NCBI GenBank assembly: GCA_043777275.1
Contig: JAYVQD010000516.1
Span: 1-46,841, forward strand
Origin: Nitrosomonadales bacterium
GTDB taxonomy: Bacteria; Pseudomonadota; Gammaproteobacteria; Burkholderiales; SG8-41
Length of the DNA stretch: 46,841 bases
Reading direction: 5' to 3'
Part shown: positions 26,229 through 36,040 of the stretch, piece by piece
Numbering within the stretch: position 1 is the first letter of the stretch
Layout: each line of letters opens with the position of its first letter
Translations under genes and position numbers: made by a program
Notes under the pieces: model-generated
The model's input: only the letters and a program-made list of their open reading frames with translations
The model's database searches: none
Told to the model about the DNA's origin: nothing

Positions 26229-26999
26229 TCATTCAGAAAGCGGCAGATCCGCCAGCGCGGCCGAACGTGTGCCCGGCAGCGGACGATTGTCTGCCGCATG
26301 GTAGGTGTGAACCACCGACAGTTTGGTATCCGCGGTTTGGTTGTGACCGGCGGCGTGAAACAAGCGGCAGTGAAAGAACAGCACATCGCCGGCGTGCAGC
26401 TCGGCGGCGATTTGGGTGCGCAGCAACGCGCGATTCTCGTCGAGATCGGTACGCAGAAATTGCGCCGCGTCGAGTTGATCGGCACGGAACGCCATGTCAT
26501 GCGAACCGGGCAACAGCAACAGGCAGCCGTTTTTTTGGTGCTCCTCGCCGAGCGCGAGCCACACCGACACCAGTTCCGGTTTATCGAACGACCAGTAGCG
26601 GATGTCGCGATGCCAGTGCGTAACGCTGCTGTAGGCCGGGTCTTTGGTCATCACGCAATTGTGATGCGACTGCGACAACTCGACGCGCGGGCCCAGTATC
26701 TGCGCGAGCCGCGCCGCGATCAACGGCGAGCATGCCCATTGGCGAAACACCGCGTCGCGCGCTACCGCCTGCAGCAGGCGGCGCACCGTGCGACCGCCCG
26801 GCGCATCCGGCGACGCGGGCGCACCGGGATATTGCGTGTCGGTTTCATACTCCACGGGTAAGCGCGGCTCGGCCAGATGCCTCAGCGCGACTTCGCGCAT
26901 ACGCGCCACCGCAGCGGCAGGCGCCAGCCCACGCGCAATCGCGTAGCCGTCGCGCGTGAGTTGCGCGAGTTCAGGCGGGCTGAACCGTTGCGCAGTCAC
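26229..26999 (-). CDS. Phytanoyl-CoA dioxygenase (PhyH) family Fe(II)/2-oxoglutarate oxygenase
   Basis: HWHRD (HxD) and a distal FHAAGHN His. GTG start overlaps the CPBP stop (GTGA). Confidence 0.8.
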   Translation of the reverse strand: MTAQRFSPPELAQLTRDGYAIARGLAPAAAVARMREVALRHLAEPRLPVEYETDTQYPGAPASPDAPGGRTVRRLLQAVARDAVFRQWACSPLIAARLAQILGPRVELSQSHHNCVMTKDPAYSSVTHWHRDIRYWSFDKPELVSVWLALGEEHQKNGCLLLLPGSHDMAFRADQLDAAQFLRTDLDENRALLRTQIAAELHAGDVLFFHCRLFHAAGHNQTADTKLSVVHTYHAADNRPLPGTRSAALADLPLSE

Positions 27000-27895
27000 G
27001 GCGCGCGGCGCAGAAAAAACCAGCCATAGAACAAGCCACTACCCACGATCAGGCTTATCAACGAAAAAACCGGGTCCAGCGTATCCGCGATAAAAATCGC
27101 CGGTGTATCCAGCGCCGAATTCGGATACGTCGCGACGATGGCGATAAATATATTGTTGGCGGCGTGCGCGCCGATGGCAAGCTCCAGGCGCCCGTCGCGC
27201 AAGGTAATGACAGCGAAAAAGATCGCGAGCAGCAGGTATTGCACGGCCACCAATACGCCACCGTGTTCGGCCTCGGGATTCAACAGGTGCGACGCCATGA
27301 ACAACAGACTACTCGTTATCACGATCAGCAGCGGGCTGCGCGTGAATGTGCGCAGCGACTGCATCAGGTAGCCGCGAAACAGCAGCTCCTCGGTGGCCGC
27401 CTGCAACGGCGTCAGCAGCAGTATGACCGGCGCGAACACCCACCATTGGCCTGCATCGCCATTCAGCGCATTCAACGTATAGCGGCCCGGATACAGCGCG
27501 CTTTCGACAGCGAACGCGATACCCGCCAGCACGGTGAACACCCCGAAACCCTGCCCCGCGCGCCGCAGGTCAAAGCGCTCGCGCGGTGTCACCAGCGTCA
27601 GCATCGGACGGCGCTGCACCCACACCACCGCGAGCACCAATCCCGCCAGCAACACCAGTATGCCCAGATTAACGGCGACGAATTGCCCCAACTTGCCGGA
27701 TTGGAATTGCGCTTCAAACAAGAAATACAGAACGCTACTCAGCACTATCCATGCCGCCAGAATCAACGTGCAACCCGCCAGCGTGCGCCACCCGCTGTTG
27801 CGTCCGCGCGCGATCAGGTTGAGATAGCTGTCGGCCGTGAGCCGCCAGTGCGCGCCGGGCGGCGCCACGGTCTGCGCAACCGGTTCAGCGTTCAT
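26996..27895 (-). CDS. CPBP-family intramembrane glutamic endopeptidase (CAAX protease-like)
   Basis: [16 protein letters not shown] and HAANN motifs on a multi-TM body. The ATG at 27895 overlaps the metH 3' end by 11 nt. Confidence 0.8.
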   Translation of the reverse strand: MNAEPVAQTVAPPGAHWRLTADSYLNLIARGRNSGWRTLAGCTLILAAWIVLSSVLYFLFEAQFQSGKLGQFVAVNLGILVLLAGLVLAVVWVQRRPMLTLVTPRERFDLRRAGQGFGVFTVLAGIAFAVESALYPGRYTLNALNGDAGQWWVFAPVILLLTPLQAATEELLFRGYLMQSLRTFTRSPLLIVITSSLLFMASHLLNPEAEHGGVLVAVQYLLLAIFFAVITLRDGRLELAIGAHAANNIFIAIVATYPNSALDTPAIFIADTLDPVFSLISLIVGSGLFYGWFFLRRAP

Positions 27896-30800
27896 AGCCC
27901 AGCGCCGGCGCGAGCCAGCGTTCGGTCTCATCCAGCGGCATGGCCTTGCGCCGCGCGTAGTCTTCGACCTGATCTTTGCCGATTTTGCCCACCGCGAAAT
28001 ACTGCGCTTGCGGGTGCGCTAGATAAAACCCGCTCACCGACGAGGCCGGCCACATGGCAAAACTTTCGGTGAGCGTAATGCCCGCGCGCTTGGCGTCGAG
28101 CAGATCGAACAGCGCGCCCTTCTCGGTGTGATCCGGGCACGCCGGATAACCCGGCGCGGGCCGCACGCCGCGATATTTTTCCGCGATCATCGCGTCATTG
28201 TCGAGCGACTCATCTTTCGCGTAGCCCCAGAACTCGCGCCGAACGCGCTTGTGCAGCAACTCGGCAAACGCTTCGGCCAGCCGGTCGGCCAGCGCTTTCA
28301 ACATGATGCTGCTGTAGTCGTCGTGATTTTTCTCGAACTCGGCAAGTTTTTTCTCGATGCCGAAACCGGCGGTCACTGCAAAGGCGCCCAGGTAATCTTT
28401 GATACCGCTTTCTTTCGGCGCGACAAAATCGCCGAGACACAGATTGGGGTTGCCCGTGGGCTTGCGGTTCTGCTGACGCAGGTTGTGCCAGGTCATCACC
28501 GGCCGATTGTTATTCCGGGCGTTTTCGTCGCCATAAATCTCAATGTCTTCGCCTTCGTTCACGCTGTTGGCGGCGAACAATCCCATCACGCCATGCGCTT
28601 GCAGCCATTTGCCGTCGATGATTTTTTTGAGCAGCGCTTTGGCATCGGCAAATACCTTTTTCGCCTCGACCCCAACCACCTCATCATCCAGAATTTTCGG
28701 ATACGAACCGGCCAGGTCCCAGGTCTGGAAGAATGGGCTCCAGTCGATGTGCGCAGCGATTTCCGCCAGATCATAGTTGCGCAGCAGCTTCATGCCGGGG
28801 AAGGCCGGTGCCACGGGCACGAGTTTTTTCCAGTCGGTCTTGAAACGATTGGCGCGCGCTTCCGCTATCGGAATCAGCTCCGGGCCTTTTTTGCTGGCGT
28901 GCTGCGCGCGGACTTTTTCGTAGTCCGCGTTGAGTTCATCCAGATATTTGCGGCGCACCACTTCATCTTCGGCCAGCAGGCTGCTGCACACCGTGACGCT
29001 GCGCGAGGCATCCGGCACCCAAACCGTGGGGCCGTTGGTGTAGCCCGGCGCGATTTTCACCGCCGTGTGCGTACGCGAGGTCGTGGCGCCACCAATCAGC
29101 AGCGGCAGCGTAAAACCCTGACGCTGCATTTCGCGCGCCACGTTGGCCATTTCTTCGAGCGAAGGCGTAATCAGCCCCGACAGGCCGATGATGTCCACCT
29201 TCTCCGCGCGCGCCATATCCAGCACCTTCTGGCACGGCACCATCACGCCCATGTTGACCACTTCGTAGTTGTTGCACTGAAGCACCACCGCCACGATATT
29301 CTTGCCGATGTCGTGTACGTCGCCTTTGACCGTGGCAATCACGATCTTGCCCTTGGGTTTGGAGGCCTCGCCGGATTCGCTCGCCAGCCGCGCTTTTTCT
29401 TCCTCGATAAACGGAATCAGATGCGCCACCGCCTGCTTCATCACCCGCGCCGATTTCACCACCTGCGGCAAAAACATCTTGCCCGCGCCGAACAAGTCGC
29501 CGACGATATTCATGCCGTCCATCAGCGGGCCTTCGATCACATGAATAGGGCGGCCGCCCGCTGCCGCGACTTTGGCGCGCGCCTCTTCGGTGTCTTCGAG
29601 TATCCATTGGGTAATGCCGTGGACCAGCGCGTGAGAGAGCCGTTTTTCCACCGCCGCCGCGCGCCATTCCAGTGTTTGCTCCTCTTTCGCCGCGCCTGCT
29701 TTCAACGTGCTCGCGAATTCGATCAGGCGTTCGGTGGCCTCATTTGGGTTCTCTGCGCGCCGGTTCAGCACCACGTCTTCCACACACTCGCGCAGCTCGG
29801 GCGACAGATCGTCGTACACGCCCACCATGCCGGCATTGACGATGCCCATGGTCATGCCCGCTTTGATCGCGTGATACAAAAACACGGTGTGGATCGCTTC
29901 GCGCGCCGGGTCGTTGCCGCGGAACGAAAAGCTCACGTTCGACACACCGCCACTCACCTTGGCGTAGGGCAGATTCTCACGAATCCAGCGCGTAGCCTCG
30001 ATGAAGTCCACCGCGTAGTTGCTGTGTTCTTCGATGCCGGTGGCAATGGCAAAAATATTCGGGTCAAAAATAATGTCTTCCGGCGGGAAACCCACTTTTT
30101 GCGTCAGCAGATCATAGGCGCGTTTGCAGATTTCAGTCTTGCGCTTGAAGGTATCGGCCTGACCTTGCTCATCGAACGCCATCACGATCACCGCCGCGCC
30201 GTAGCGTCTGCACAACCGCGCCTGGCGCAAAAACTCCGCCTCGCCCTCCTTCATACTGATGGAGTTGACCACCGGCTTGCCCTGCACACACTTCAACCCC
30301 GCCTCGATCACCTCCCATTTCGAGGAATCGATCATCACCGGCACGCGCGAAATATCCGGCTCGCCCGCGAGCAGATTCAAAAAGCGCGCCATGGCGGCCT
30401 TGGAGTCGAGCATCGCCTCGTCCATGTTGATGTCGATGATCTGCGCGCCGTTCTCCACCTGCTGGCGCGCCACGGCGAGCGCTTCGTCGTATTGCTCGTT
30501 CAGAATCAGCCGCGCGAAGGCCTTGGAGCCGGTGACATTGGTGCGCTCGCCGACGTTGACGAACAGCGAGGTCTCGTCGATATTCGCCGGTTCCAGCCCC
30601 GACAGGCGCAGCTTGTGATCGCCTTCCGGCACCACGCGTGGCGGCAACACTTTCACCGCCTGCGCGATGGCGCGGATGTGATCGGGCGTGGTGCCGCAGC
30701 AACCCCCGGCGATATTGACAAACCCTGCCTCGGCAAACTCTTTTAACAAGCCCGAGGTAATCGACGGCGTTTCATCGAAGCCGGTGTCGCTCATGGGGTT

Positions 30801-31631
30801 GGGCAAGCCCGCGTTCGGATACACGCAAATCGCCGCGTCGCAAATCTTCGACAGCTCGGCGATATAAGGCCGCATCAGCGACGCACCGAGCGCGCAATTC
30901 AGCCCAATGGTGATCGGCTGGGCGTGGCGCACCGAGTTCCAGAACGCCTCCACCGTTTGCCCCGACAAGATACGCCCGGAAGCATCGGTCACCGTGCCGG
31001 AGATCATCACCGGATAACGCTCGCCGCTTTCTTCGAAAAACTGGTCGATGGCGAACAGCGCGGCTTTGGCGTTCAAGGTGTCGAAGATAGTTTCGACCAG
31101 AAACAAATCCACGCCGCCTTCGTGCAGCGCGCGCGCCTGTTCCAGATACGCCGTCACCAACTCATCAAACGTGACGTTGCGCGCACCCGCGTCGTTGACG
31201 TCGGGCGAGATCGAAGCAGTTTTCGGCGTGGGGCCGAACGCACCGGCGGCGAAGCGGGGTTTTTCGGGCGTCGAATATTTTTCACACGCGGCTTTGGCAA
31301 TGCGCGCCGCCGCCACGTTCATTTCATACGCCAGCGACTCCATGTGGTAATCGGATTGCGCGATACGCTGCGCGCCGAAGGTATTGGTCTCGATGATGTC
31401 CGCGCCGGCATCCAGATATTGCTCGTGGATTTCCTGAATGATGTGCGGCTGCGTCAGCACCAGCAGCTCGTTGTTGCCCTTCACGTCATGCGCAAAATCG
31501 GCGAAGCGCGTGCCGCGATACTCGTTCTCGCCCAGCTTGTAGCGCTGGATCATGGTGCCCATCGCGCCGTCGAGCACGAGGATGCGTTGTTTGAGCGCGG
31601 ATTCGATGAGGGCGTAGCGAGGTGAGGTCAT
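27885..31631 (-). CDS. metH: Cobalamin-dependent methionine synthase
   Basis: Five-module architecture: Hcy-binding [10 protein letters not shown], pterin-binding domain, B12 motif [11 protein letters not shown] (DxHxxG), and a C-terminal AdoMet reactivation domain. The ATG at 31631 is preferred to the TTG at 31649. Confidence 0.95.
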   Translation of the reverse strand: MTSPRYALIESALKQRILVLDGAMGTMIQRYKLGENEYRGTRFADFAHDVKGNNELLVLTQPHIIQEIHEQYLDAGADIIETNTFGAQRIAQSDYHMESLAYEMNVAAARIAKAACEKYSTPEKPRFAAGAFGPTPKTASISPDVNDAGARNVTFDELVTAYLEQARALHEGGVDLFLVETIFDTLNAKAALFAIDQFFEESGERYPVMISGTVTDASGRILSGQTVEAFWNSVRHAQPITIGLNCALGASLMRPYIAELSKICDAAICVYPNAGLPNPMSDTGFDETPSITSGLLKEFAEAGFVNIAGGCCGTTPDHIRAIAQAVKVLPPRVVPEGDHKLRLSGLEPANIDETSLFVNVGERTNVTGSKAFARLILNEQYDEALAVARQQVENGAQIIDINMDEAMLDSKAAMARFLNLLAGEPDISRVPVMIDSSKWEVIEAGLKCVQGKPVVNSISMKEGEAEFLRQARLCRRYGAAVIVMAFDEQGQADTFKRKTEICKRAYDLLTQKVGFPPEDIIFDPNIFAIATGIEEHSNYAVDFIEATRWIRENLPYAKVSGGVSNVSFSFRGNDPAREAIHTVFLYHAIKAGMTMGIVNAGMVGVYDDLSPELRECVEDVVLNRRAENPNEATERLIEFASTLKAGAAKEEQTLEWRAAAVEKRLSHALVHGITQWILEDTEEARAKVAAAGGRPIHVIEGPLMDGMNIVGDLFGAGKMFLPQVVKSARVMKQAVAHLIPFIEEEKARLASESGEASKPKGKIVIATVKGDVHDIGKNIVAVVLQCNNYEVVNMGVMVPCQKVLDMARAEKVDIIGLSGLITPSLEEMANVAREMQRQGFTLPLLIGGATTSRTHTAVKIAPGYTNGPTVWVPDASRSVTVCSSLLAEDEVVRRKYLDELNADYEKVRAQHASKKGPELIPIAEARANRFKTDWKKLVPVAPAFPGMKLLRNYDLAEIAAHIDWSPFFQTWDLAGSYPKILDDEVVGVEAKKVFADAKALLKKIIDGKWLQAHGVMGLFAANSVNEGEDIEIYGDENARNNNRPVMTWHNLRQQNRKPTGNPNLCLGDFVAPKESGIKDYLGAFAVTAGFGIEKKLAEFEKNHDDYSSIMLKALADRLAEAFAELLHKRVRREFWGYAKDESLDNDAMIAEKYRGVRPAPGYPACPDHTEKGALFDLLDAKRAGITLTESFAMWPASSVSGFYLAHPQAQYFAVGKIGKDQVEDYARRKAMPLDETERWLAPALGYER

Positions 31632-31750
31632 GGGTGTGCCGGGGTGCAATCGTAGTGTTGCAAGTTCTTGTTAAGAAAGCACAATTTTATCATGCGCTGG
31701 CGGCCATCTCGGCTGGCGGACTATAATCATTGCTTCGTCCCACGAAAGTC

Positions 31751-32143
31751 ATGGTTATGAAGCATCTCGAACCCAAAGCCGCGCACGAGTTTCTCCAGTC
31801 CAATCCCGAGGCGATTTTTATCGATTGCCGCAGTGAGATGGAGTACCTGTTCGTCGGCCATCCCACCGGCGCAATACTCGTGGCGTGGAACGACGGCCCC
31901 AACTGGGAAATCGATCCGCAGTTTGTGCCGCACGTGAAAAAAGCCGCGAGCGTGGATCGGCCCATCGTGCTGATCTGCCGCAGCGGCAATCGGTCCATTG
32001 ACGCAGGCCATGCGCTGGAAGAAGCGGGCTTCACGCAGATCTACAACGTGCTGCACGGCTTTGAAGGCGAACTCGACGGCAACCATCATCGCAATGAAAA
32101 AACCGGCTGGCGGCATGATGGGCTGCCATGGGAGCAATGTTAG
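31751..32143 (+). CDS. Single-domain rhodanese (sulfurtransferase)
   Basis: Active-site loop CRSGNRS. ATG at 31751 (alternatives 31757, TTG 31730). Divergent from metH. Confidence 0.8.
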   Translation: MVMKHLEPKAAHEFLQSNPEAIFIDCRSEMEYLFVGHPTGAILVAWNDGPNWEIDPQFVPHVKKAASVDRPIVLICRSGNRSIDAGHALEEAGFTQIYNVLHGFEGELDGNHHRNEKTGWRHDGLPWEQC

Positions 32144-32147
32144 TCCT

Positions 32148-33191
32148 TTAACTTAGCGTTACCCCCAGCGCCCGTCCAATCAGATAAGTCACCGCACCCG
32201 CGGCAACGCCGATGCCCAGCATGCGCGTGCCGCTCCACCACGCGTTGCGTCCGGTGAACAGCGATAGCGTTGCGCCCACGGCGAACAGCGCCACCGCTGT
32301 CATGGCAATCGCGATGGTCATGCTGTTGGCGCCGCCGGCAAACAAAAACGGCAACAGCGGCACCGCCGCGCCGCATGCGAATGCCGAAAACGAAAACAGC
32401 GCCGCACCCCACGGCGAGCCGAGATCATCCGGGTTCAGACCCAGTTCCTCGCGCGCCAATGTATCCAGTGCGCGCGCGGGGTCGGCGGTGAGTTGCGCGG
32501 CGAGCCGCACTGCATCGTCGCGCGGCAATCCTCGCGCCTGATAAATCAAGGCGAGTTCCTCGGCTTCTTCTTCCGGGTAGTGATCAAGTTCCTCTTTCTC
32601 CAGACCGATTTGATATTCGAACATCTCGCGCTGCGAGCGCACCGACACATACTCGCCCGCCGCCATCGAAAACGCGCCCGCGATCAGCCCCGCTGCGCCC
32701 GACAGCAAAATCAATCCATTGTTGGCCATGGCACTCGTGGCACCCGCCATCCCCATAATCAGGCTGGCGTTGGAAATCAATCCATCATTCACGCCAAACA
32801 CCGCCGCGCGCAGATTGCCGCCGCTGCCCATGCCGCGATGGCGCTTGCCCATTTCGCTGCCGGGGGCGTGCGCGGTATGTCCCTGCACCGGATGGGTATA
32901 CAACGACATGCCGCGCACCTTCATCGCCGAGAGCACCGTGCGCAAGGGGCGAGCGCCCAAGCGCCGCACCAGTGCTGCCACCACGCGCGTGCGCGTATCC
33001 GGCGTGTAGTGCTCTGGCGATTGATAGCCCGCCTGAACCGCCAGTTTTGCCCAGATGGCAGCCTGTTTTTCGGCCTCGCCCGCCAACTCCGTGAACAAAG
33101 ACGCGCGCGGCGTGCCCGCTTCGACTTGCGCCACCACATGGTAGAGATAGGCCGCCTGCTTTTCTTCGCGCCAGCTTGAAAGTTCGCTCAT
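32148..33191 (-). CDS. VIT1/CCC1-family iron/manganese transporter with N-terminal ferritin-like domain
   Basis: GVNDGLISNASLIMGMAG and C-terminal TM helices. The N-terminal ~90 aa helical region is rubrerythrin-like. The ATG at 33191 has GAGGA upstream. Confidence 0.8.
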   Translation of the reverse strand: MSELSSWREEKQAAYLYHVVAQVEAGTPRASLFTELAGEAEKQAAIWAKLAVQAGYQSPEHYTPDTRTRVVAALVRRLGARPLRTVLSAMKVRGMSLYTHPVQGHTAHAPGSEMGKRHRGMGSGGNLRAAVFGVNDGLISNASLIMGMAGATSAMANNGLILLSGAAGLIAGAFSMAAGEYVSVRSQREMFEYQIGLEKEELDHYPEEEAEELALIYQARGLPRDDAVRLAAQLTADPARALDTLAREELGLNPDDLGSPWGAALFSFSAFACGAAVPLLPFLFAGGANSMTIAIAMTAVALFAVGATLSLFTGRNAWWSGTRMLGIGVAAGAVTYLIGRALGVTLS

Positions 33192-33201
33192 GCGTGCGTC
33201 C

Positions 33202-34500
33202 TCAGTGATAACGCAGTTGCAGATAGACCCGCCACAGCACCAGCGCGCCCAGCGCAAATAGCAGCCCGCCGAAAGCCATCGTCGCGGCTGATGCCGAAAA
33301 CAACGGTGACGCAATCGCCGCCACAAACCCCGCCACCATCGACTGCACGCAACTTTGTAACGACGCGGCCATGCCGCGATTATGCGGAAACATCTCCAGC
33401 AGCATCAAGGTCAGCGACGGCATCGCCATCGCCATGCCCGTGGCGACAATCACCTGATGCACCACTGACCATGGCAACTGCGGCAAAAACCATATATAAA
33501 ACAAGTTGTTATAAGCAACTCCCACAAACATGAGAACGAACCCCAGGCGCACCGTTTGCCGCGGCGTGAGCCTGCCCGCCAGCCGGTCGGACATAAAAGC
33601 ACCGAGCATCATGCCGATCACGCCCGCCATGAACAGCCACGCGAAATCATGCGCGGTAAGCCCCAGATGGCGATAGATAAACGCCGGCGCCGACAACACA
33701 TACAGAAAAAATCCCGCGAAGCTCAGTGAACTCACCCCCGCCAACAACAGAAAACGCGGATTGAGCGCCACCAGCCGGTACGCCGCGAGTAACGGCGCCG
33801 GCGCAAAGCGCTGGCGCGCCGATGCCGGATGCGTCTCCGGCAGATAGCGGTAGCACGCTACCAGCAACACCGCGCCGAACGCTGCCAGAAACCAGAAATT
33901 CGCGCGCCAGCCAAACCACGTCTGCAACCAGCCGCCGATGATGGGCGCGATCGCGGGCGCAATCGAAAACAGCAACATCACCCGCGACAGCAGCCGTTGC
34001 GCCTCAACCCCTTGATACACATCGCGCACCACCGCGCGGCTGATGGAGGTGCCCGCACCGGCCACCAACCCCTGCATCGCGCGGCAGATCAGCAACAGGG
34101 TCATGCTGTCGGCCAGCGCGCAGCCGATGGAGGCCAGCACAAAGCCGCCAACGCCGATCAAGATCACCGGCCGCCGCCCAAACGCATCCGACAGTGCGCC
34201 GTGAAACAACATCATCACCGCAAACGGAACCAGATACGCGGTGAGCGTTTGCTGCATCAGCACTTCTGTCGTTTGCATCTCCAATGCCATCGCCGGAAAC
34301 GACGGCAGATAGGTGTCGATCGCAAACGGGCCTATCGTCGCGAGACCGGCGATCAGCAGCGGCAACCAACGACGATGGCGGATTTCGGTGGGCAACGGCG
34401 GATTCCGGTCGACAGGCGCAACAAACAAAAGCCATTGTAGCGCTGGACGCCTCGCGCCCGGACGCAGGGGTTCGGCGTGGTGGTTGCTTCGATACGGCAT
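33202..34500 (-). CDS. MFS transporter, Bcr/CflA drug-efflux subfamily
   Basis: GPFAIDTYLPSFPAMA and LSDAFGRRPVIL motifs, 12 TM segments. Start uncertain (ATG 34500 or an internal TTG near 34395). The track start at 34557 would overlap the divergent ORF. Confidence 0.8.
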   Translation of the reverse strand: MPYRSNHHAEPLRPGARRPALQWLLFVAPVDRNPPLPTEIRHRRWLPLLIAGLATIGPFAIDTYLPSFPAMALEMQTTEVLMQQTLTAYLVPFAVMMLFHGALSDAFGRRPVILIGVGGFVLASIGCALADSMTLLLICRAMQGLVAGAGTSISRAVVRDVYQGVEAQRLLSRVMLLFSIAPAIAPIIGGWLQTWFGWRANFWFLAAFGAVLLVACYRYLPETHPASARQRFAPAPLLAAYRLVALNPRFLLLAGVSSLSFAGFFLYVLSAPAFIYRHLGLTAHDFAWLFMAGVIGMMLGAFMSDRLAGRLTPRQTVRLGFVLMFVGVAYNNLFYIWFLPQLPWSVVHQVIVATGMAMAMPSLTLMLLEMFPHNRGMAASLQSCVQSMVAGFVAAIASPLFSASAATMAFGGLLFALGALVLWRVYLQLRYH

Positions 34501-34541
34501 CGGCGCTACGCTGACCGTCATCTCATGCCAGGGGGCGCTGC

Positions 34542-34985
34542 ATGCCCGTCGCCGCAAACATCCGCAAGCTCGGCTTCCGCCGCTGGCATGAGTGCCAGCT
34601 CATCGAAGCGCACGCCAGTCTGGTGACGGCATTTCTGTGCGTGATCGTGATCGCAGTGTGCCTGGATCAACTGCACTGGCGCGACGCGGGTTTCAAACCG
34701 TTGATGATGCTGGCGCTGATCGTCGCCGGCATCGCGCTGTGCTTCAAAGCCGTGACGTTTTATTTCAAGGTGCTGTTTCGCGCAGAGCATTTGGCAGCGC
34801 AGGCGACGTGCGGCGGGTGCGGCGTTTATGGCGTGATTGAAGTGCTGTCGTTTTTTGAACAGGCCGCACCAGAGCCTGCCGATGCGACCAGCGGCGATTG
34901 GCTCAAGGTGCGCTGTAAAAAGTGCGGCCATGCGTGGACGATGACTGCAGATCAGCCTCCGACGCCGATTGAGAAATCCTTGTAA
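34542..34985 (+). CDS. Hypothetical membrane protein with C-terminal zinc-ribbon (CGGC...CKKC)
   Basis: Two predicted TM helices followed by CxxC...CxxC. Codon usage looks native. No recognisable family. Confidence 0.4.
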   Translation: MPVAANIRKLGFRRWHECQLIEAHASLVTAFLCVIVIAVCLDQLHWRDAGFKPLMMLALIVAGIALCFKAVTFYFKVLFRAEHLAAQATCGGCGVYGVIEVLSFFEQAAPEPADATSGDWLKVRCKKCGHAWTMTADQPPTPIEKSL

Positions 34986-35031
34986 GATCGTGCCACCTTA
35001 AATTGGGCCATCGGCCCCGGAGCAATACCAC

Positions 35032-35934
35032 ATGACGATCACAACAGGGTTCATCGGATTAGGCAACATGGGCAACCCGATGGCGGGCAACGTACTCAAA
35101 AACGGCTACGCGATGACGGTGTTCGACAGCAACGCCAAGACGATGGAGAACCTGGTGGCTGCGGGCGCCAAGGCTGCCGCATCGGCCATCGACGTGTTAA
35201 GGCACGCAGAGGTGGTGTTCACCAGTTTGCCCGGAACGCCGGAAGTTGAGAGCGTTTACCTGCAACCCGGCGGCCTGATCGACAGTGCAACGCCCGGCAC
35301 CACGCTGGTCGATTTAAGCAGCACCCTGCCTTCGACGCCGCGCAAGCTCGAAGCCGCCGCCAAAACACGGGGCGTGCGCTTTCTGGAAGCGCCGGTCAGC
35401 GGCGGCGTCACCGGCGCGCGCGCCGCCACGCTCGCCATCATGGCGGGCGGTGATGCGGCGACGCTGGAACACGTGCGCGCGATATTGCGCTGCATCGGGC
35501 CCAACATTCATCACATCGGCGCGGTCGGTGCGGCGAATACCTTGAAAGCGATCAACAACATGATGTCCAACGTCAACGCCTGCGCGATGATGGAGGGCCT
35601 GGTGCTGGGGATCAAAGCCGGGCTCGATTTGCAGATCATGACCGATGTCATCAAGCAAAGCAGCGGCAACAGCAATGCGCTCGCGCGCGTGGATCGCGCG
35701 ATCAAGCCGCGCAATTTCGAGCCGGGCTTTAAAATCGCGCTGATGAACAAGGATCTCGAAACCTACAACACCATCGCCAAGACACTGCACGTGCCGGTGA
35801 GCTTTTCCAACCTGGCGCAGCGCTATCAGCAAATGGCGCTGGCGGCGGGGTTGGGCGAAAAAGACACCAGTGTGGTGTTCACCGTGATCGAGCAGTTGGC
35901 AGGGCTTAAGCCGGCAGCGGCGAGTGGAAAATAA
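35032..35934 (+). CDS. NAD(P)-dependent 3-hydroxyisobutyrate dehydrogenase / tartronate semialdehyde reductase family oxidoreductase
   Basis: GFIGLGNMGNPMA Rossmann motif, LEAPVSGG, and a conserved K in the NKDL region. Confidence 0.8.
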   Translation: MTITTGFIGLGNMGNPMAGNVLKNGYAMTVFDSNAKTMENLVAAGAKAAASAIDVLRHAEVVFTSLPGTPEVESVYLQPGGLIDSATPGTTLVDLSSTLPSTPRKLEAAAKTRGVRFLEAPVSGGVTGARAATLAIMAGGDAATLEHVRAILRCIGPNIHHIGAVGAANTLKAINNMMSNVNACAMMEGLVLGIKAGLDLQIMTDVIKQSSGNSNALARVDRAIKPRNFEPGFKIALMNKDLETYNTIAKTLHVPVSFSNLAQRYQQMALAAGLGEKDTSVVFTVIEQLAGLKPAAASGK

Positions 35935-35936
35935 TT

Positions 35937-35997
35937 CGTAGGGTGCGCATCGCGCACGCGGAAACGGTGATGAACGGTGCGCGATGCGCACCCTACG
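35937..35997. repeat. Perfect 21-bp inverted repeat (REP-like palindrome, probable bidirectional terminator)
   Basis: CGTAGGGTGCGCATCGCGCAC (35937-35957), a 19-nt loop, then GTGCGCGATGCGCACCCTACG (35977-35997). Sits between two convergent genes. No U-tract. Confidence 0.6.
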
Positions 35998-36040
35998 AGT
36001 TTCGCGGTGCTGCAAGCGGGCAGGTGTAGCAAACCGCTTC

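Noticed and set aside
28128-30746. An 872-aa ORF on the + strand, plus similar long ORFs at 40660-41685 (+), 14916-15794 (-), 35314-36117 (-), 3483-4328 (-), 45715-46509 (+) and 22619-23323 (-).
   Set aside because: All lie antisense to, or out of frame with, genes that have clear family signatures (metH, ccmF, Bug, HIBADH, cysN, GFA/VOC, phoX). Their translations are Arg/His/Gln/Ala-rich low-complexity strings, typical of shadow ORFs in GC-rich DNA.
31632-31750. Possible cobalamin riboswitch or defined promoter in the metH/rhodanese divergent region, including TATAAT at 31723-31728.
   Set aside because: I could see no B12-box-like sequence or conserved riboswitch stems. The TATAAT has no convincing -35 at 17 nt spacing, so no feature is called.
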